Positions 19,301-25,379 of a stretch of DNA of 64,000 bases are shown here, one piece after another (position 1 is the stretch's first letter; each line of letters opens with the position of its first letter). The notes under the pieces are model-generated. The model saw nothing but the letters and a program-made list of their open reading frames with translations. It was not told where the DNA came from and ran no database searches. The stretch is taken from contig JAFQLS010000057.1 in NCBI GenBank assembly GCA_017396555.1, positions 28,531-92,530 of the forward strand, written 5' to 3'. The position numbers and the translations under genes are program-made. The DNA comes from Lachnospiraceae bacterium (GTDB taxonomy: Bacteria > Bacillota > Clostridia > Lachnospirales > Lachnospiraceae).

Positions 19301-19950
19301 CCGGAAAGGGCTTTAAGTTCATTGTCGCAAATGACGAACTTAGGAATGTGACATTGGATAATGAATTTATAGTTCTTAAATTCAAAGCTAAGGATGATAC
19401 TAAGGCAGGTACATATAAGGTACAGGCTAAAGCAGTACAGGCTGTAAGCATCGATGGTAAGGTTAAGAATATTAAACTAACGGGTGGCGTTGTTAATGTG
19501 TCAGAGCAGTCTAAGGGCAATGATGGCACAGCTGATAACAAGCCGAATGATGACAACAAGCTAAACGTAGACAATCATCCAAATGTTGATAATACATCAG
19601 ATGATGAAGAAACAAATGTGGAACTTCCACAGGATAACTGGATTGATATTTATGATGATACGGAAGTTATTCAGACAGATGTTGATAGTAAAGAAGATTC
19701 AGAGGATGAGGTTAATAACTTAACAGATTCAGATGATGCGGATACAGACGACAAGGATGTTATAGGAAATGATACGGGTGAAGAAGATAAGGGAACTGAT
19801 GATGGAGAATCTAATGTAAAAGAATCTAATGATAATAAGTCTGATAATGATATTATGGTATATGTAATAATAGCACTCAGTATATTAGGTGTTGCGATAT
19901 TTGGTGTGGTTATATTCTTTATTCTTTCTAGGAAGAAAAATAATAAGTAA
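13306..19950 (+). CDS. Giant (2214 aa) membrane-anchored surface protein with an N-terminal dockerin, Listeria-Bacteroides (Flg_new) repeats, a C-terminal cohesin-like domain, an acidic linker and a TM anchor
   Basis: Signal peptide. The dockerin has two Ca-loop repeats, GDADVDKDVDMQDV and ADVNADGTVDETDV (~13420-13610). Flg_new repeats are FDTKGGE...FTGWK (13.62 kb) and FDTQGGS...FGGWY / F(R)FEGWY (17.34-17.76 kb). The cohesin-like module IAIDEVVAENTAKADEYIEVPVKL...GTYKVQAKAVQA lies at ~19100-19505. A D/N/E-rich linker follows, then TM IMVYVIIALSILGVAIFGVVIFFIL plus a basic tail. Confidence 0.85.
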   Translation: MRKIKRTLSLLLCTCMFTTSVPVQGLADATIAAETSTSSYGDADVDKDVDMQDVLLMEMHIKGEKAEINEANADVNADGTVDETDVELVKEYLVGNISTLTPKMCTITFDTKGGEAIEPIKVGKGYSIKKDIPSAVKRDAIFTGWKKSDGSVFYKGDKVTEDITLVATYQDMEKKESVLHIDSYSITDQEPDICFNVIGDYTSIDEVKANITLIPKDGKDPVEVKVEKNSDGSFSIGAVDGFTPGGAYALTLNQGLNFINKEENIRTVNFTIFKEEKDDIFYSDNLIFIRDTEEMTYSIEGSSDVLDVLETALVNAGETDDSTVRGTFNMSDTLLDVNDVVCIYENVDPRDRDYTQNSYEDDSVAYVKITGANNNTYTFENISSDDVDEVLLMPDSIPFRVDVLPSGKTGTVNKDDYDAETRNVLGITEAPEYKNGDFIIFYNTEFEDMDENTEAVYARVTGTAGNIVSYEVVTREYIEEFMGMYVKQSMDMDKLLEEIDEEDLLESIEKNAEESGFVEAAVPQLFQSAMASDKVLASLKSIGATDKEIANLASGESSGGAVEYVVERKNVNAELVKGSRFKNGIKVKLYVDIVLSMNRKGEDGYINSAKLEFYTGFEEEIGVDINVDFEDRWEWYLFIPVLKDLDCDIAIDINNFTAISLNAQCFTIKSEEEEGLWELYEEAAESGETLEKLKEIAKLEAESESSANLGNEQETEELRKKEEKIKNELPELTSQDKTYSFEEIWDRLDRTNVSIIYSNGKSASSREAKLVVDELMKKYSGMINSETIWYDLVNVQIFDKTFNIKVVSIRLSGDFVVKANVNLSICADAEYKVGKRYSFWFKLLDRRSGRNETDLVDETFGFKFHVMGVIQLYATVEMSVDIGIISTSIASIGASVKFGPYMKLYGYFYYIFTNRRIANSDKWYSDEECLGAMYFEFGLYVRAKFDAQLLDGTLEYEKTFYEDEIPIITLGEKSEPYRFATSIDENAILYIRDEDDNSNNGITMKIPNIYRNMQTINLLTGENTPRLHNTDNFNITVTNRKFSVDKKGVITVKPSKNDRYLEGELTITWIHSKYAFSKYDIRITIPVVWTNMTEEEINEKFTASVAVGNKTDGYNVVWSKQYSRTDKFDLPTKAEILELIDYDSYTVNGVNLKYSDVAGYKVISTGLSLASDRVYYFDVTPREYTVTVNDIQNVDGSISTKTYTAGYGEEINFSELESTGTNNLANSTYTRFYNLTSISDDSLVMDMKQIVNREYFNKYGSDIQVKANYVDNSLTATYSFVGIDAPDVEVKFQSGSIPYFEGINEYIEQYGGEGTIIKSISPAVEKINHTVKYTVICEAAIPAPKYDFVFDTQGGSNINSQKYTEGSVIFRPSDPTRRGYEFGGWYSDAGCQNVFSFDSMMPANNVTIYAKWIANTYEVTFVSNNAELDTKTVTYDVTYGELPVPAKQADFRFEGWYTQRNGGNLVTADTIFNELSDITLYAKWVEKDTIPTLSIVTTTQTTTYNEKPQAFNVKLTGNYTNVDGFVVQYKKQGTNTWTSAAQNAGTYDVKITRATDDYYKKFDECVVNGAFVIKKASLSLGTVNAYRLGHNIVVSVPEGAKGDGTVTYYYNSEYIEIGLFSFDPKSLNNTTGVFTDTYTPYIKSAKCYVKIAEGTNYLGATSTTVNVQNLGNYASGTADVIFDITVGNSVGDGTNYPVYGKVIYVNGNYGSQVHLNNSGNDFKIGTTSSFTVDTVAEPWQIAGYVLSTDSALTSWLMTKMQVKVVGSSTWYSTDDTDKQFDGKTSYERSIDLKRRITATGNFNTAGANTVDLSSSSDYSFNYNGLITDQFYSNYNPFTKYSSPTFSVTSGNVTYDKFIRYTGVTSFDIDVEGLRNYIKVNGGSNFNYTVTLSFPTATTTGTTTFTKTITVNTANISSNGSSTSHSTGVTYNNIAIDEVVAENTAKADEYIEVPVKLTKKNNIWGALVNVTYNDEALELAGFESKGSYTTDEFTVQNNPTGKGFKFIVANDELRNVTLDNEFIVLKFKAKDDTKAGTYKVQAKAVQAVSIDGKVKNIKLTGGVVNVSEQSKGNDGTADNKPNDDNKLNVDNHPNVDNTSDDEETNVELPQDNWIDIYDDTEVIQTDVDSKEDSEDEVNNLTDSDDADTDDKDVIGNDTGEEDKGTDDGESNVKESNDNKSDNDIMVYVIIALSILGVAIFGVVIFFILSRKKNNK

Positions 19951-19966
19951 ATAGTAGTGTTTATGT

Positions 19967-20000
19967 GGAGAGGTTCAAAATGAGCCTCTCCTAATTATTT
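19967..20000 (+). terminator. Intrinsic terminator after the giant gene
   Basis: GGAGAGG (19967-19973) pairs with CCTCTCC (19985-19991), followed by TAATTATTTT. Confidence 0.6.
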
Positions 20001-20009
20001 TAATATATA

Positions 20010-20038
20010 TTGACAAATAGAATAAAATGTATTATTAT
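20010..20038 (+). promoter_or_regulatory. Sigma-A-type promoter for the first Rpn paralog
   Basis: TTGACA (20010-20015), a 17-nt spacer, then TATTAT (20033-20038). Confidence 0.55.
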
Positions 20039-20118
20039 ACATAGTATACTAATAGTATTTATTGTAGAGAGGAAGGTAGTTAATAACGGGTGAGAAAGAT
20101 ATAACGGAGAAGACTTTT

Positions 20119-21006
20119 ATGGCGCTGGATGATGTGTTTTCAGATATTGTTAATGTGCTAATTTTTGATGGTGAACAGGTAGTTGTGCCAGATTCCTTGA
20201 AGGATATGATAGCTGTTAGTCAGTATAGAACTGACGATGGCAAGATGCATGAACAGGAACGAGATGTACTTAAGATATGGAAGAACAAGAATGTGAATTC
20301 GGTTTTAATTGGAATAGAGAATCAAACAAGAAGTGACAAGAATATGCCGTTTCGTGTTATTGGATATGACGGAGCATCATATCGGTCGCAATTATTGAAG
20401 AAAAGAGTAGTACGAAAAGGTGGAAAAAAGATAACGGTATCATCTAAAAGACGATTTCCAATAATAACGATGATTCTGTATTTTGGGGATACGGAATGGA
20501 ATGGTTCGAAGAATTTAACAAATTCCTTCATTCCGAAGTTGCCTCAGAATAAAATAGCTAAAAAAATTAGTAAATATGTGTCTAATTATAGGATTAACGT
20601 ATTTGATATAGGGAATTTGAGTGAAGAGGATATTGAAAAATTTCAGAGTGATTTTAAATTGGTTGCAGAATATTTTGTTAATGTAAGGTGTTCCAATAGT
20701 GATTATGTTCCTAGTGGAAAAAGTATAGTACACGTGGATGAATTTCTGAAATTGATGAGTGTTCTTACGGGTGACAAACGTTATGCAGAATATATTGATA
20801 TGTATACAGAGGAAGAAAAAAGAGGAGGTCAGGTTAATATGTGCAAGATATTAGATGCCAGAGAAAGTAAAGGTAGGACAGAAGGAGAACAAAGAGTGCT
20901 AGAATTAATATCAAGATTAGTTGCTGAAGGAAAGAGTAATAAAATCAAGTTAATTTCTTCTGATGAGGTTCTTAGGAATAGGCTGTATGTGGAATATGGA
21001 TTGTAG
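20119..21006 (+). CDS. Rpn/YhgA-like PD-(D/E)XK recombination-promoting nuclease / putative transposase, copy 1
   Basis: HEQERDVLKIW...VLIGIENQTRSDKNMPFRVIGYDGASY matches the D...(I/L)E.Q...D..M.FR...Y core of the YhgA/Rpn family (Transposase_31). The GGAG SD lies 10 nt upstream of the ATG. Confidence 0.8.
   Translation: MALDDVFSDIVNVLIFDGEQVVVPDSLKDMIAVSQYRTDDGKMHEQERDVLKIWKNKNVNSVLIGIENQTRSDKNMPFRVIGYDGASYRSQLLKKRVVRKGGKKITVSSKRRFPIITMILYFGDTEWNGSKNLTNSFIPKLPQNKIAKKISKYVSNYRINVFDIGNLSEEDIEKFQSDFKLVAEYFVNVRCSNSDYVPSGKSIVHVDEFLKLMSVLTGDKRYAEYIDMYTEEEKRGGQVNMCKILDARESKGRTEGEQRVLELISRLVAEGKSNKIKLISSDEVLRNRLYVEYGL
20575..20908 (+). repeat. Near-identical ~335-bp block shared by the two rpn genes (copy 1)
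   Basis: Aligned by eye to 21536-21879, it differs by about a dozen substitutions and one 12-nt indel, whereas the flanking coding sequence is strongly diverged. Confidence 0.8.
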
Positions 21007-21094
21007 TGTAAAAAGAATTAGAATAGAGAGAGGAAGGTAGTTAATAACGGGCGAGAGAGATATAACGGAGAAGACTTTAATAGCGCTGGATGAT

Positions 21095-21979
21095 GTGTTT
21101 TCAGATATTGTTAATGTGTTATTGTTTAATGGAGATGAAATCGTTACACCTGATGCATTAATAGACTCTATGAATTTTAGTCAATATAAAGCTGACGATG
21201 GTAAGATACATGAACAGGAAAGAGATACTTTTAAAATCTGGGAGGGTCAAGATGTAGAAATGGTTCTATTTGGTATAGAGAATCAAACAGATAGTGATAA
21301 GGATATGCCATTTCGCATTATGGGATATGACGGAGCGTCATATAGATCTCAGTTACTAAAAAAGAAAGTGGATAATGATACTGGAGAGAAAACAGCAATA
21401 TCTTGCAAGGAGAGATATCCTGTTGTAACAATAGTGTTATATTTTGGAGAGACAATATGGCAATATTCTAATGAATTGGTTGATTGCTTTGTTCCCAAAT
21501 TACCAAACAGTGAGATTGCTAACAGAGTAAGCCAGTATGTGTCTAATTATAAAATTAACGTATTTGATATAGGGAATTTGAGTGAAGAGGATATTGAAAA
21601 ATTTCAGAGTGATTTTAAATTGGTTGCGGAATATTTTGTTAATGTAAGGCATTCCAATAGTGATTATGTTCCTAGTGGAAAAAGTATAATACATGTGGAT
21701 GAATTTCTGAAATTGATGAGTGTTCTTACGGGTGACAAACATTATGCAGAATATATTGATATGTATACAGAGGAAGAAAAAAGAGGAGGTAAGGTTAATA
21801 TGTGCAAGATATTAGATGCAAGAGAAAGTAAAGGCAGAACAGAAGGCAGAATAGAAGGAGAACAAAGAGTACTAGAATTGATAGACAAATTAATAGAAGA
21901 TAATAGAACTGTTGAGCTTAGTAATATATCAGAAAATGAAGGATTAAGAAATATTCTTTATGTGGAGTATGGATTATAG
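21095..21979 (+). CDS. Rpn/YhgA-like PD-(D/E)XK nuclease, copy 2 (GTG start; ancestral ATG mutated)
   Basis: Has the same core (HEQERDTFKIW...FGIENQTDSDKDMPFRIMGYDGASY). The position homologous to the copy-1 ATG is ATA (21080-21082). The first usable in-frame start is GTG 21095, with no nearby SD. Confidence 0.7.
   Translation: MFSDIVNVLLFNGDEIVTPDALIDSMNFSQYKADDGKIHEQERDTFKIWEGQDVEMVLFGIENQTDSDKDMPFRIMGYDGASYRSQLLKKKVDNDTGEKTAISCKERYPVVTIVLYFGETIWQYSNELVDCFVPKLPNSEIANRVSQYVSNYKINVFDIGNLSEEDIEKFQSDFKLVAEYFVNVRHSNSDYVPSGKSIIHVDEFLKLMSVLTGDKHYAEYIDMYTEEEKRGGKVNMCKILDARESKGRTEGRIEGEQRVLELIDKLIEDNRTVELSNISENEGLRNILYVEYGL
21536..21879 (+). repeat. Near-identical block shared by the two rpn genes (copy 2)
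   Basis: Partner of 20575-20908. Contains an extra 12 nt, giving GRTEGRIEGEQ versus GRTEGEQ. Confidence 0.8.
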
Positions 21980-22065
21980 AGAATTTTATTATAGTTCAAG
22001 TAAAATTCACAATTACAAAGTATAGTATGTTCATATAATAAAAATTTTGGTTAATGGAGGTTTGT

Positions 22066-23877
22066 ATGAAAAAGATAGTATCCTTGTTTATGATTTCAGT
22101 GTTTATGAGTTCTGTTATTGTTGGATGTTCAAGGAGTACCGAGAATAAATCACAAGATGATAGTCAGAATATAACAACTGATACTGAAGTAAAAGAGGTA
22201 GATTTTTTTAAACGAGATGTGGATATGTTTACTGAACGAGATTCTAGGACTGAGTATGATGAGGCCAGGGCAGTGACAATAAGTCTAAATGGAACCACGT
22301 CAACAGCAAGCTCAGATAGTGTTAATATTTCAGGTTCTACCGTAACTATTACCGAGGAAGCAACCTATGTTATATCAGGAGAACTTACTGATGGTATGCT
22401 CATTGTAAATGCACCGGATACTGCAAAGCTGCAATTGGTTTTTGATGGCGTTAATATTACAAGCAAAAATTCGGCAGCACTATATATACTTAAGGCAGAT
22501 AAAGTGTTTTTGACTCTTGCGGAAGGCACAACCAATACCATTGCTAATGGTGGTAGTTTTATTCCTATAGACGATAATAATATTGATGGGGCAATATTTT
22601 CAAAACAAGACTTAACGATTAACGGAACCGGTTCTTTGAAGGTTACTTCACCGGCAGGACATGGTATTGTATGCAAGGATGATTTGGTAATTACAGGTGG
22701 TTCTTATGAAGTAAACTCAGCTTCTAATGGCTTGGATGTAAATGACAGTGTAAGAATCGCAAATGCTTCACTTACTATTGACAGTGGTAAAGATACAATT
22801 CATTGTGAAAACAAAGATGATATATCTAAAGGATTTGTTTATATTTCAGGTGGAAAAATTAAAGCAGAATCGGAGGGGGATGGTATTTCTGCAGGTGCGT
22901 ATATGCAAATTGCAGATAGCAATATAGATTTGCTTGTTGGTGGTGGTAGTGAAAATGGAACGAAAGAAAATTCAGATTCGTTTGGTGGATTTATGGGTGG
23001 TGGCAGACCTGGTGAAAAAAGACCGGAAGATATACAAAATACCGAAACAGAATCAGACAGTACTAGCATGAAAGGTTTAAAAGCTACAAGCAATCTGATA
23101 ATTTCAGGTGGTAATATTATCATAAATTCTGCCGATGATGCTATTCATTCGGATTCTTCACTTGATGTTAATGGAGGGGCATTTACCATTGCTTCGGGCG
23201 ATGATGCTATTCATGCAGAAGAGACATTGACTATAACAGGTGGTAATATTGATATTTCTGAGAGTTATGAAGGTCTTGAAGCTTTGCACATAGACATACA
23301 AAACGGAGATATAAAAATCATTGCTGCTGATGATGGACTTAATGCTGCAGGTGGTACGGACGCAAGTGGAACAACAGGCGGTCGAGATGGTATGTTTGGT
23401 GGCAGAACTCATGGTGGAATGGGTGGGCATGGCGGTATGTCTACTAATTCTAATGGGAGTATTAAAATTTCAGGAGGAACACTTTATATCAATTCTTCGG
23501 GTGATGGTATAGATGCCAATGGTACTTTGGAAATTTCCGGTGGGCACACGACAGTTGTTGGACCAACTCAGGGAGATACAGCAACTCTTGACTATGATAA
23601 AACTGCTACTATAACAGGTGGTACATTTATAGGTACGGGCTCAATGATGATGGCACAAAGCTTTAGTGATTCAAAGCAAGGTGTTATTGGGATAAATGCT
23701 GGTAATCAAGATGCAGGAACACAAATTATATTGAAAGATTTAGAGGGAAATACGATAGTATCCTACAAACCTGAACTGGAGTTTGCAGTAGTTATTATTT
23801 CGACTCCTGAACTTGTTAAGGGAGAAAAATACTCTATTACTGTCGGTTCTGAATCGGGAGAATTTGAAGCAAATTGA
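22066..23877 (+). CDS. Lipoprotein of the Cthe_2159-like carbohydrate-binding beta-helix family
   Basis: Lipobox VIVGC. Repeated blocks (I/V)(T/N)I.GG......DD(A/G)(I/L)H/N... and GDGID(A)NG are as I recall for PF14262 proteins. The track start 22054 contains the SD (ATGGAGG); ATG 22066 is preferred. Confidence 0.65.
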   Translation: MKKIVSLFMISVFMSSVIVGCSRSTENKSQDDSQNITTDTEVKEVDFFKRDVDMFTERDSRTEYDEARAVTISLNGTTSTASSDSVNISGSTVTITEEATYVISGELTDGMLIVNAPDTAKLQLVFDGVNITSKNSAALYILKADKVFLTLAEGTTNTIANGGSFIPIDDNNIDGAIFSKQDLTINGTGSLKVTSPAGHGIVCKDDLVITGGSYEVNSASNGLDVNDSVRIANASLTIDSGKDTIHCENKDDISKGFVYISGGKIKAESEGDGISAGAYMQIADSNIDLLVGGGSENGTKENSDSFGGFMGGGRPGEKRPEDIQNTETESDSTSMKGLKATSNLIISGGNIIINSADDAIHSDSSLDVNGGAFTIASGDDAIHAEETLTITGGNIDISESYEGLEALHIDIQNGDIKIIAADDGLNAAGGTDASGTTGGRDGMFGGRTHGGMGGHGGMSTNSNGSIKISGGTLYINSSGDGIDANGTLEISGGHTTVVGPTQGDTATLDYDKTATITGGTFIGTGSMMMAQSFSDSKQGVIGINAGNQDAGTQIILKDLEGNTIVSYKPELEFAVVIISTPELVKGEKYSITVGSESGEFEAN

Positions 23878-23894
23878 AATTAAATAATTCAATA

Positions 23895-23924
23895 TTTGAA
23901 CGATTGCTATTAGTATCGTTCAAA
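23895..23924 (+). terminator. Hairpin (terminator/insulator) at the head of expression cassette 1
   Basis: TTTGAACGAT (23895-23904) pairs with ATCGTTCAAA (23915-23924) around a 10-nt loop. It lies 18 nt after the upstream stop codon. Confidence 0.5.
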
Positions 23925-23932
23925 TATATTGA

Positions 23933-23962
23933 TTGACATAGGATTTTAGAAGTTGTTATAAT
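23933..23962 (+). promoter_or_regulatory. Strong sigma-A-type promoter, cassette 1
   Basis: TTGACA (23933-23938), an 18-nt spacer, then TGtTATAAT (TATAAT at 23957-23962). A leader hairpin TGTTATGT/ACATAACA (23964-23995) and AGGAGG follow. Confidence 0.7.
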
Positions 23963-24006
23963 GTGTTATGTAGTGGGAAAATTTAACACATAACAAGGAG
24001 GAAAAT

Positions 24007-25137
24007 ATGATTAATCGTAAAAAGATAGTTTCTTTTGCTATGGCATCTGTTATGGCACTTGTAGCATTAATGCAGGCAAATGTGATTGAAGTAGAGGCGG
24101 CAGAAAGTGTTAAGACTTTTAAGGGACATTACTACTTATATGTGAGTGACGTGGTAGATGCTGGAAAGGCTGAATTTCAGGCAGACCTTAAGGGTGGACA
24201 TTTAGTAACAATTAATTCTAAGGCGGAGAATGAATTTGTTGCAGAACAGGTAGTTACTGAAGGCGATATTTGGCTTGGAGCTAAGAAGAATGCTAAAGGT
24301 AACTGGAAATGGATTACAGGTGAGAAATTCTCATATAAGAATTGGAATGAATCTTGGCATTCTAATGGTAGTAATGAAATATATCTTCGTATGGAAGATG
24401 GTTTATGGGATGACTGCACTATAACAGAGAATTGGAACTCTGAGGGATGTGCATATGTAATTGAATGGGATTCGAAAAGTGCATATAATGCATATAAGAA
24501 TGGCAAGAAAGCTGCAATGGTTAAGAATATTAAAGGAACTAAGACATACAATGGTCATGCATACAAATATTATGCTATGAAATCAACTTGGAAAGATGCG
24601 TCTAAAACGTGTAAGAAATTAGGCGGATATCTTGCTACTATTACATCTAATAAAGAGAATACTATTACATACAACCTTACTGGTGGAGCTAATGCATGGT
24701 TTGGTCTTAGTGATGCTAAGAAGGAAGGCAAATATGCATGGGTAACAGGTGAAAGAACTGATTACTTAAGAATGAGTAAAGAAGTTAATAATGACTATGC
24801 AGGTGAAGAAGATTATTTTGGGTATTTCGAGGGGAATAATTGGAATGATTATAGAAATGATGATGAAAAAATAGCAGGTTTTATCTGCGAATGGGATTTG
24901 TCAAAGAATGTAATTCTTACAGCTGTTAAGGCAAATGTAACAGTTAACAAAGGTAAGACATATAAGCTTAAATATCAGGTATATCCTGTTAAGACAAAGA
25001 TTACATACAAGAGTTCTGACAAAAAGGTTGCAACAGTTAGTAAAAAAGGTGTTGTAACTGCTAAGAAGAAAGGAATAGCAAAGATTACAATTAAAGCAGG
25101 TGCTAAGAAAGTAACAGTAAAAGTAAAAGTTAAATAA
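24007..25137 (+). CDS. Secreted protein with two C-type-lectin-like domains and a C-terminal Big_2-like Ig domain
   Basis: Signal peptide. Two modules carry CTLD hallmarks: GGHL(V/A)TI.S..EN.F, (W/A)(L/F)G(A/L)...........W.W(I/V)TGE...Y..W, and C(A/.)..(I/C)EWD. The C-terminal LTAVKANVTVNKGKTYKLKYQVYP...SSDKKVATVSKKGVVTAKKKG is Big_2-like. Confidence 0.7.
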   Translation: MINRKKIVSFAMASVMALVALMQANVIEVEAAESVKTFKGHYYLYVSDVVDAGKAEFQADLKGGHLVTINSKAENEFVAEQVVTEGDIWLGAKKNAKGNWKWITGEKFSYKNWNESWHSNGSNEIYLRMEDGLWDDCTITENWNSEGCAYVIEWDSKSAYNAYKNGKKAAMVKNIKGTKTYNGHAYKYYAMKSTWKDASKTCKKLGGYLATITSNKENTITYNLTGGANAWFGLSDAKKEGKYAWVTGERTDYLRMSKEVNNDYAGEEDYFGYFEGNNWNDYRNDDEKIAGFICEWDLSKNVILTAVKANVTVNKGKTYKLKYQVYPVKTKITYKSSDKKVATVSKKGVVTAKKKGIAKITIKAGAKKVTVKVKVK

Positions 25138-25146
25138 TTAGTAATT

Positions 25147-25184
25147 AATACCTTCTATCATATAAAATCGGTAGGAGGTATTTT
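25147..25184 (+). terminator. Intrinsic terminator after the lectin gene
   Basis: AATACCTTCTA (25147-25157) pairs with TAGGAGGTATT (25172-25182). There is one G-U pair on the + strand only, followed by TTTT. Confidence 0.65.
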
Positions 25185-25266
25185 AATGAATTGTATATGT
25201 AGATGAATTACCCCCTTATATGAAGTATGGATTATAGAAAAGATATTAAGAGTTAATGATGCAATT

Positions 25267-25296
25267 TTTGAACGTTAACTTTAAATAATGTTCAAA
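25267..25296 (+). terminator. Hairpin at the head of expression cassette 2
   Basis: TTTGAACGTTA (25267-25277) pairs with TAATGTTCAAA (25286-25296). The outer arms are identical to cassette 1; the inner base pairs differ but still pair. Confidence 0.45.
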
Positions 25297-25304
25297 TATA
25301 TTGA

Positions 25305-25334
25305 TTGACATAAAAAATAAGGATTTGTTATAAT
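25305..25334 (+). promoter_or_regulatory. Strong sigma-A-type promoter, cassette 2 (duplicate of 23933-23962)
   Basis: TTGACA (25305-25310), an 18-nt spacer, then TGtTATAAT (TATAAT at 25329-25334). The leader hairpin (25336-25367) and SD are identical to cassette 1. Confidence 0.7.
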
Positions 25335-25379
25335 GTGTTATGTAGTGGGAAAATTTAACACATAACAAGGAGGAAAATT

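Noticed and set aside
19500-19850. A D/N/E-rich, repeat-looking stretch near the 3' end of the giant gene (NKPNDDNKLNVDNHPNVDN...).
   Set aside because: It is a low-complexity acidic linker within the ORF, not a DNA-level tandem repeat array or a CRISPR-like structure. The unit boundaries are irregular.
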